Shown here: one piece after another, positions 58,548-64,000 of the stretch | How positions within the stretch are numbered: position 1 is the stretch's first letter | Layout: every line of letters begins with the position of its first letter | Assembly (NCBI GenBank): GCA_018064925.1 | Contig: JAGHUH010000007.1 | Location: forward strand, 6,861 to 70,860 | Source of the DNA: Candidatus Cacconaster stercorequi | Lineage (GTDB): Bacteria; Bacillota; Clostridia; Oscillospirales; Oscillospiraceae | Direction of reading: 5' to 3' | DNA: 64,000 bases | The notes under the pieces: model-generated | Database searches by the model: none | What the model saw: the letters and a program-made list of their open reading frames with translations, nothing else | What the model was told of the DNA's origin: nothing | Made by a program: the position numbers and the translations under genes

Positions 58548-59447
58548 CTATCGTTGGTACAGGCTGCCCTGCACCACATCGTGCTCCGTAAAATAGCGGC
58601 GGATGCCATTGAGCACCCACTTCTTGTTTCCGCTCCACAGCGGCGCCAGCAGGTTCCGCTTGGCGCCGTCACCGGTAAGGCGGTGGATCACCATCTCCGG
58701 CGGCATACGGCGGATGCAGCCGGAAAGCAGGGAAAAATATTCCTCCGGCTCCAATATCCGCACGCGACCCTGCCGGTATTCCTCCGCCAGATCAGTGCCC
58801 TCCGCCACATACAGCAGATGGAACTTGACACCCTGCACGCCGGCATGGGCGATGTAGTCGGCGGTGGCAAAGATGTCCTCCGCCGTTTCACCGGGCAAGC
58901 CGATGATCTGATGCAAAATCACCGTGATACCGATGCTCCGCAGCCTTTCGATGGCCGCGTCAAACGCCGCCAGATCACAGCCCCGTCGGATATACCGGGC
59001 GGTGGCAGGGTTGGTGGTCTGCAATCCCATTTCCACCCACACCGGTTTGCGTCGATTCACTTCCGAGAGCAGGGACAACACCTCCGCCCCCAGACAGTCC
59101 GGTCGGGTGGCAATGGACAGCGCCACCACATCCTCCGGCTCTATTGCCGCAAAAAAGGCGCGGCGCAGAGTTTCAATGGAAGCATAGGTATTGGTGAAGC
59201 TCTGAAAATAGGCAACATACCGCGTTTCGGCGGTGATCTTGTCGGCAAGGCGTGCCTTTGCCCGGAGAAGCTGCTCCGAAACGGGGCCGCTCTCGGCAAA
59301 TTCTCCGGCACCGGTGCAGAAAATGCAGCCACGGTCGCCCACCGTGCCGTCCCGGTTAGGGCAGGTATTCACGCAGGAGAGCGCCAGCTTATAGACCTTG
59401 GTGCCATACGATCGGCGCAGTGCTTCATTCAGACTGCAATACCACAT
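58548..59447 (-). CDS. TIGR01212-type radical SAM protein
   Basis: TCPNRDG...GCIFC, YFQSFTNTY, TRPDCL, GLQT, HRLTGD. Confidence 0.9.
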   Translation of the reverse strand: MWYCSLNEALRRSYGTKVYKLALSCVNTCPNRDGTVGDRGCIFCTGAGEFAESGPVSEQLLRAKARLADKITAETRYVAYFQSFTNTYASIETLRRAFFAAIEPEDVVALSIATRPDCLGAEVLSLLSEVNRRKPVWVEMGLQTTNPATARYIRRGCDLAAFDAAIERLRSIGITVILHQIIGLPGETAEDIFATADYIAHAGVQGVKFHLLYVAEGTDLAEEYRQGRVRILEPEEYFSLLSGCIRRMPPEMVIHRLTGDGAKRNLLAPLWSGNKKWVLNGIRRYFTEHDVVQGSLYQR

Positions 59448-59546
59448 TTTCCCCTCACCTCCCGCATTTTTCATAGTATAGCACAAATTTCCTTGCAAAG
59501 ACAAGGCAGGTATGGTACAGTTCTTGGTGGAAAGTGAGTGAAACAC

Positions 59547-60275
59547 ATGACATTATTTGACTATTATCTGAAATACATGAGTGAGATCTGTCAGGGCAGC
59601 CGCCCCGCCCCCAAAGGGATCACCCTGACGGAAAGCGACGAGATGGCTCGCGCCATGGAGCTGCAGCAGCAGATCACCAGCATCCCCCTCTTTGTGGCGC
59701 AGTGTGCCAACGAGGACGACATCGAGATCCCCGGCGAGCTGTTCGACAACTTCTCTTTAGAGGACGCCCTTGCCAACTATATTCAGCTTACCGCCGACGA
59801 GCCGGAGCAGCCTGCGCAGGAGGACGATCCCGACGCCGGAAAGCACGCTTTTGAGGTCTTTCTGGACTGTATTGCACTGGACGACGGACTGGTGCAGTAT
59901 CTGATGGAAGTGCTGAAGAAAAAGGATCGCACGGAGTTCTATAAGCTGAGCCAGATCACCACCAAGATGGATCTGGACCCGGAGGAATTCCTCTACTGGC
60001 TGGGACATCGTGAGGACTACGCCTCCGACGAGGAGCGTGCCTGCGCCGCCATCATGGACGGGTGCATGGAGCGCCTGTACCGGGAGAAAAAGCCCGAGGT
60101 GCTGGCCGCCCTGCTCAGCGGCGACAAGGCCACTTTCGAATCCTTCCGCTGTGAAGCACCGGAGCTTGTCCACCTGCCTGCGGCAACCTATGAGTGGTAC
60201 TGCCGCAACTATCTGGATCGGGATTACCCCATCCGCGTGCTGATGAAGCTGAACGGCGTGGAATTCCCTGAATAA
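59547..60275 (+). CDS. hypothetical acidic protein
   Basis: long ORF with host codon bias; start 59538 or 59547. Confidence 0.7.
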   Translation: MTLFDYYLKYMSEICQGSRPAPKGITLTESDEMARAMELQQQITSIPLFVAQCANEDDIEIPGELFDNFSLEDALANYIQLTADEPEQPAQEDDPDAGKHAFEVFLDCIALDDGLVQYLMEVLKKKDRTEFYKLSQITTKMDLDPEEFLYWLGHREDYASDEERACAAIMDGCMERLYREKKPEVLAALLSGDKATFESFRCEAPELVHLPAATYEWYCRNYLDRDYPIRVLMKLNGVEFPE

Positions 60276-60395
60276 CCGCATACGCTCAAAAAAAGTCCGG
60301 TTTTGCCGGACTTTTTTCTTGCATTCGGAGGAATTTGTGCTATACTTTTCATGTCACATTTGTGTGAAAAGTATGATTTTTTACAAGGTGAAGCT

Positions 60396-60626
60396 ATGGA
60401 TAAACATATTTTAGGCAAGCCAAAGGGTCACCGCATTTTCGGCACCGCCCGGGTGGGTGACCGGGGACAGATCGTGATTCCCAAGGAGGCGCGCCAATAC
60501 TTCGGCATCCGGCCCGGCGACACGCTGCTGATCTTGGGCAGCGACCAGAGCGGTCTGATCGTGTCAAAGCCGGACGCGCTGGAGCAGGTGGCACAGCAGA
60601 TTATGCAGAATTTTACAGAGAATTGA
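60396..60626 (+). CDS. AbrB/MazE/SpoVT family DNA-binding protein
   Basis: FGTARVGDRGQIVIPKEAR..F.I.PGD. Confidence 0.88.
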   Translation: MDKHILGKPKGHRIFGTARVGDRGQIVIPKEARQYFGIRPGDTLLILGSDQSGLIVSKPDALEQVAQQIMQNFTEN

Positions 60627-60636
60627 GGAAAGTATC

Positions 60637-61917
60637 ATGTATATCGAATCCATGTATCAGCAGTTGGGCGTTTCCCCCGAGGTGACCCGCTTCGGGCAGG
60701 ACATTTTGGAGAGTCTGAAAGATCGCTTTGCGCAGATCGACGCCGTGGCGGAATATAATCAGGGCAAGGTGATTGCCGCCATGCAGAAAAACCGCGTCAA
60801 CGCCACCCATTTCGCCGCCACCACCGGCTACGGCTACGACGATGAGGGACGCGACAACTTGGAGCGCGTCTATGCCGACTGCTTCCACACCGAGGCCGCG
60901 CTGGTGCGGCCCCAGATCACCTGCGGCACCCATGCCCTCACCGTGGCACTCAGCGCCAATCTCCGCCCCGGCGACGAGTTGCTCTCCCCTGTGGGACGCC
61001 CCTACGACACGCTGGAGGAGGTCATCGGCATCCGTCCCTCCCCCTGCTCATTGATGGAATACGGCGTGACCTACAACGAGGTGGATTTGCTGCCGGACGG
61101 CACCTTTGACTACGAGGGCATCCGCAAGGCCATCCATGAAAAGACAAAGCTGGTGACCATTCAGCGCTCCAAGGGCTACGCCACCCGCCCCAGCTTCTCC
61201 GTCCAGGAGATCGGTGAGCTGATTGCCTTCTGCAAGCAGTGCAAGAGTGACATCATCTGCATGGTGGACAACTGCTACGGTGAGTTCGTGGAGATCCAGG
61301 AGCCCTCCGATGTGGGCGCCGACATGATCGTTGGCAGTCTCATCAAAAACCCCGGCGGCGGCCTCGCCCCCATCGGCGGCTACATCTGCGGCACCAAGGA
61401 GTGCGTCAGCCGCTGCGCCTTCCGTCTCAGCGCCCCCGGTCTGGGGCAGGAGGTGGGCGCGAACCTCGGCTTGATGCCCGCCTTCTATCAGGGTCTGTTC
61501 CTGTCCCCCACCGTGGTGTCCGGTGCATTGAAAGGCGCCATCTTCGCCGCCGCCTGCTATGAAAAGCTGGGCTTCCGCGTCATTCCCCCCGCCGCCGAGG
61601 AGCGGCACGACATCATTCAGGCCGTGGAGCTGGGCTCCCGAGAGGGAATGGTGGCCTTCTGCAAGGGCATCCAGTCCGCCGCGCCCGTGGACAGCTATGT
61701 GACTCCGGAGCCGTGGCCCATGCCCGGCTACGACAGCGATGTCATCATGGCGGCCGGTGCCTTCGTACAGGGCAGCTCCATTGAGCTTTCCGCCGACGGC
61801 CCCATCCGTGAGCCCTACGCCGTGTACTTTCAAGGCGGCCTCACATGGTATCACGCCAAGCTGGGCATCCTGATGAGCTTGCAGAAAATGCGAGATGCCG
61901 GCCTCATTCAACTGTAA
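60637..61917 (+). CDS. PLP-dependent methionine gamma-lyase family protein (YnbB/aluminium resistance)
   Basis: TTGYGYDD.GRD, GTHA, QRSKGY, DNCYGEF, GSLIKNPGGG. Confidence 0.9.
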   Translation: MYIESMYQQLGVSPEVTRFGQDILESLKDRFAQIDAVAEYNQGKVIAAMQKNRVNATHFAATTGYGYDDEGRDNLERVYADCFHTEAALVRPQITCGTHALTVALSANLRPGDELLSPVGRPYDTLEEVIGIRPSPCSLMEYGVTYNEVDLLPDGTFDYEGIRKAIHEKTKLVTIQRSKGYATRPSFSVQEIGELIAFCKQCKSDIICMVDNCYGEFVEIQEPSDVGADMIVGSLIKNPGGGLAPIGGYICGTKECVSRCAFRLSAPGLGQEVGANLGLMPAFYQGLFLSPTVVSGALKGAIFAAACYEKLGFRVIPPAAEERHDIIQAVELGSREGMVAFCKGIQSAAPVDSYVTPEPWPMPGYDSDVIMAAGAFVQGSSIELSADGPIREPYAVYFQGGLTWYHAKLGILMSLQKMRDAGLIQL

Positions 61918-61931
61918 AGGATTTTCCCTTT

Positions 61932-62840
61932 ATGTGGTTTTGTTTTTCATTGATTGCGCTGTTCTGCTGGAGCAGCAGCGACCTTTTTTCCAAAATCGGC
62001 TGTCAGGACGCCGATGACAAATACAGCCACCTGAAAATGACCATGGCCGTGGGTCTGATCATGGGATTACACGCGGCGTATCAGATTTTCATCGGCGGCG
62101 TCACGATCTCCTGGCAGGTGATCATCGCCTATCTGCCGGTATCGCTTCTCTACATCAGTTCCATGACCGTGGGCTATCTGGGGATGCGGTATATCGAGTT
62201 GAGCATCTCCTCCCCCATCTGCAATTCCTCCGGCGCGGTGGTGGCAGTGCTGTGTCTGCTGACCGGCGGACTTGGCGGTTTGGTACCCATTCAGCTGCTG
62301 GCCACCGCCATTGTCTGCGTGGGCGTCATCGGCCTTGGCATCGTGGAGGCCCGGGAGGACGATGCCCTGCGGCAGGCGCGGCAGCAAAGCAGCAATCACC
62401 GATACGCCAAATCGCCGCTGGCGCTGGCGCTGCCGGTACTGTACTGCCTGCTGGATGCGCTGGGCACCTTTGCCGACAGCCGAATCCTGCAAACCCTCAA
62501 TGAGGACAGCGCCAATTGCGCCTATGAGCTGACCTTTCTTTTGGTTGGCGCGATCTGCTTTGTCTATGTGGTGCTGATCCGCCGCAGTCCGCTGATCCCC
62601 CGACGAGAGGCACCGAAATATGCCGCAGGCGTTTTTGAGACCGCCGGACAGTTCGCCTATATTTACGCGCTGGCAGACGGCGACCATGTGGCGCTGACGG
62701 TGCCCGTCATCAGCGCCTACTGCGCGTTGAGTATGGTGTGGAGCCGCATTTTCCTGAAGGAAAAGCTCTCCCGCCGGCACTATACCATGATCGCTCTGGT
62801 GGTGATCGGTATTGTGATACTGAGCGTATATGATGCATAA
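61932..62840 (+). CDS. DMT/EamA family transporter
   Basis: two 5-TM halves, IELSISSPI, IFLKEKL. Confidence 0.8.
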   Translation: MWFCFSLIALFCWSSSDLFSKIGCQDADDKYSHLKMTMAVGLIMGLHAAYQIFIGGVTISWQVIIAYLPVSLLYISSMTVGYLGMRYIELSISSPICNSSGAVVAVLCLLTGGLGGLVPIQLLATAIVCVGVIGLGIVEAREDDALRQARQQSSNHRYAKSPLALALPVLYCLLDALGTFADSRILQTLNEDSANCAYELTFLLVGAICFVYVVLIRRSPLIPRREAPKYAAGVFETAGQFAYIYALADGDHVALTVPVISAYCALSMVWSRIFLKEKLSRRHYTMIALVVIGIVILSVYDA

Positions 62841-62892
62841 AAAGGCAAAACAGCGAGGGAGAATTCCCTCGCTGTTTTCTTATTGGCACTTT

Positions 62893-64000
62893 TCAGCCGA
62901 TTTTCGCGCTTCCGCCTTTTTTCTGCGGAGCGTTTTGACCGCGCACCGCACTCTGATCCAAAGTTTTCTGCCCATTTTGGGCGTTTACCGGATTTTCCTG
63001 CTGGCCGAACTTCTTAAGCACGTTGTCCACAGCTTTGGCTCGCTCTCCGCCGGAGCCGGAAATCATCGCCTGCACCTCATCTGCGGTAACGGTCATCTTC
63101 TGCATGGCACCGCTCGTGAAAATCCCTTTCACTTGCTGGCCGAGTCTCGTCTGGAAATCATCCTTGATTTCAGCGGCGGTGCCGTTGATAACAGCATCAT
63201 CCGGCAGATATCTTACAAGCTCCGGAGAAAGAACCGGATGCGTGGGCTGTTCCTTTACCAGTCTGTCGATCTCCCTGTCCAGAATGCTTTCTACCGTACG
63301 GCAGACCATCGCATTGGCGCAGGTCATGCGCAGGTCACCCTCATCGTCGGGGTCAAAACCGGCATTTTCAAGTCTCCCCTTTTCCTCTTCCAGAACATTG
63401 TGCAGTTCAAGCAGCGTTTTCTGCATGGTTGGAGACAGGCCGGAAGAGCGCAGCTTACCTTCAAATGTTGCCGCTTTATCAGGCGGGAGCTGGATTTTTT
63501 TCTTCTCGGCATACTCTGCCACCGTTGTCTTTGCATACGTCCGGTACATTTCTTCCTTGATCTTCCGCAACGCTTCCGGACTATCCAGACGGTCAATGTT
63601 TGATTTCAGCTCCTTTGCCTGGTTATATTCCGTCATCTTTGCCTCGTATGCGGCAAGGTCTGCCTGATACCTTTTGTTTGACGCCGTATTGAAGGTTCGG
63701 CTGAACCAGCCGGTAATACCCGTGAGTTTCTTCGGAGGCTGGGGTTTCGGCATCATGGGACTGTCGGCAAACATAATCTTGGCCTCTTCCCCCAGAAAGA
63801 CCTTGCCCTCTTTATTCACATACGCCAAAACGGGATCGGCATCCGGTTTGCTCTTGGGCAGGACATAGACAGGCAGATTCTTTTCAAAGCAGGCCTCTTC
63901 CAATTCGCCGCTGTCCTTGATTGGTTTGCCATCTACTCCCTGCACCATCAACGGATCTCCAAATTTCGTTTCGAAGAGATCCTCCGCCTTGCTATGGAGA
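62893..64000 (-). CDS. hypothetical protein, 5' end outside the window
   Basis: frame of ORF 62893-63951 stays open to the window edge; Lys/Glu-rich; no recognised motif. Confidence 0.6.
   Translation of the reverse strand, partial: LHSKAEDLFETKFGDPLMVQGVDGKPIKDSGELEEACFEKNLPVYVLPKSKPDADPVLAYVNKEGKVFLGEEAKIMFADSPMMPKPQPPKKLTGITGWFSRTFNTASNKRYQADLAAYEAKMTEYNQAKELKSNIDRLDSPEALRKIKEEMYRTYAKTTVAEYAEKKKIQLPPDKAATFEGKLRSSGLSPTMQKTLLELHNVLEEEKGRLENAGFDPDDEGDLRMTCANAMVCRTVESILDREIDRLVKEQPTHPVLSPELVRYLPDDAVINGTAAEIKDDFQTRLGQQVKGIFTSGAMQKMTVTADEVQAMISGSGGERAKAVDNVLKKFGQQENPVNAQNGQKTLDQSAVRGQNAPQKKGGSAKIG

Noticed and set aside
60396-60626. AbrB/MazE protein as a toxin-antitoxin antitoxin
   Set aside because: The downstream gene is a PLP enzyme and no toxin ORF is adjacent.

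Overview
GC-rich chromosomal segment from a spore-forming Clostridia (Oscillospiraceae-like; lineage inferred from gene content and codon style). Most of the window is housekeeping: aconitase-icd, tRNA-Lys/tRNA-Glu, hflX, rpmE, addBA, spoIIR, ispE, rqcH, mini-III, a folC fusion, a GT2/two-component operon, queH, folD, lgt, M16 peptidases, niaR, fprA-dfx, rimM-trmD, ylxM-ffh-rpsP-khpA and dus. A visibly AT-richer island of about 14 kb (23281-37373) appears to sit in the loop of a split bidirectional terminator. It carries an intact tyrosine recombinase next to a 257-bp segment bounded by inverted dif-like sites. That segment looks like an invertible promoter, currently pointing away from the cargo, with terminators whose effect depends on orientation. 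Downstream lie a TetR gene with a probable frameshift, a Streptococcus FCT-like sortase pilus operon (thioester adhesin, DivIVA-like ORF, catalytically dead SipA, backbone pilin, class B sortase, basal pilin) and three tandem Cys-repeat proteins, two ending in AP2 domains. Outside the island, the tRNA-Lys leader contains a duplicated tRNA 5' part and a 13-nt segment antisense to the anticodon arm, and a NiaR-type operator precedes an orphan EIIC-like transporter. All calls come from reading motifs by eye; no database searches were run.
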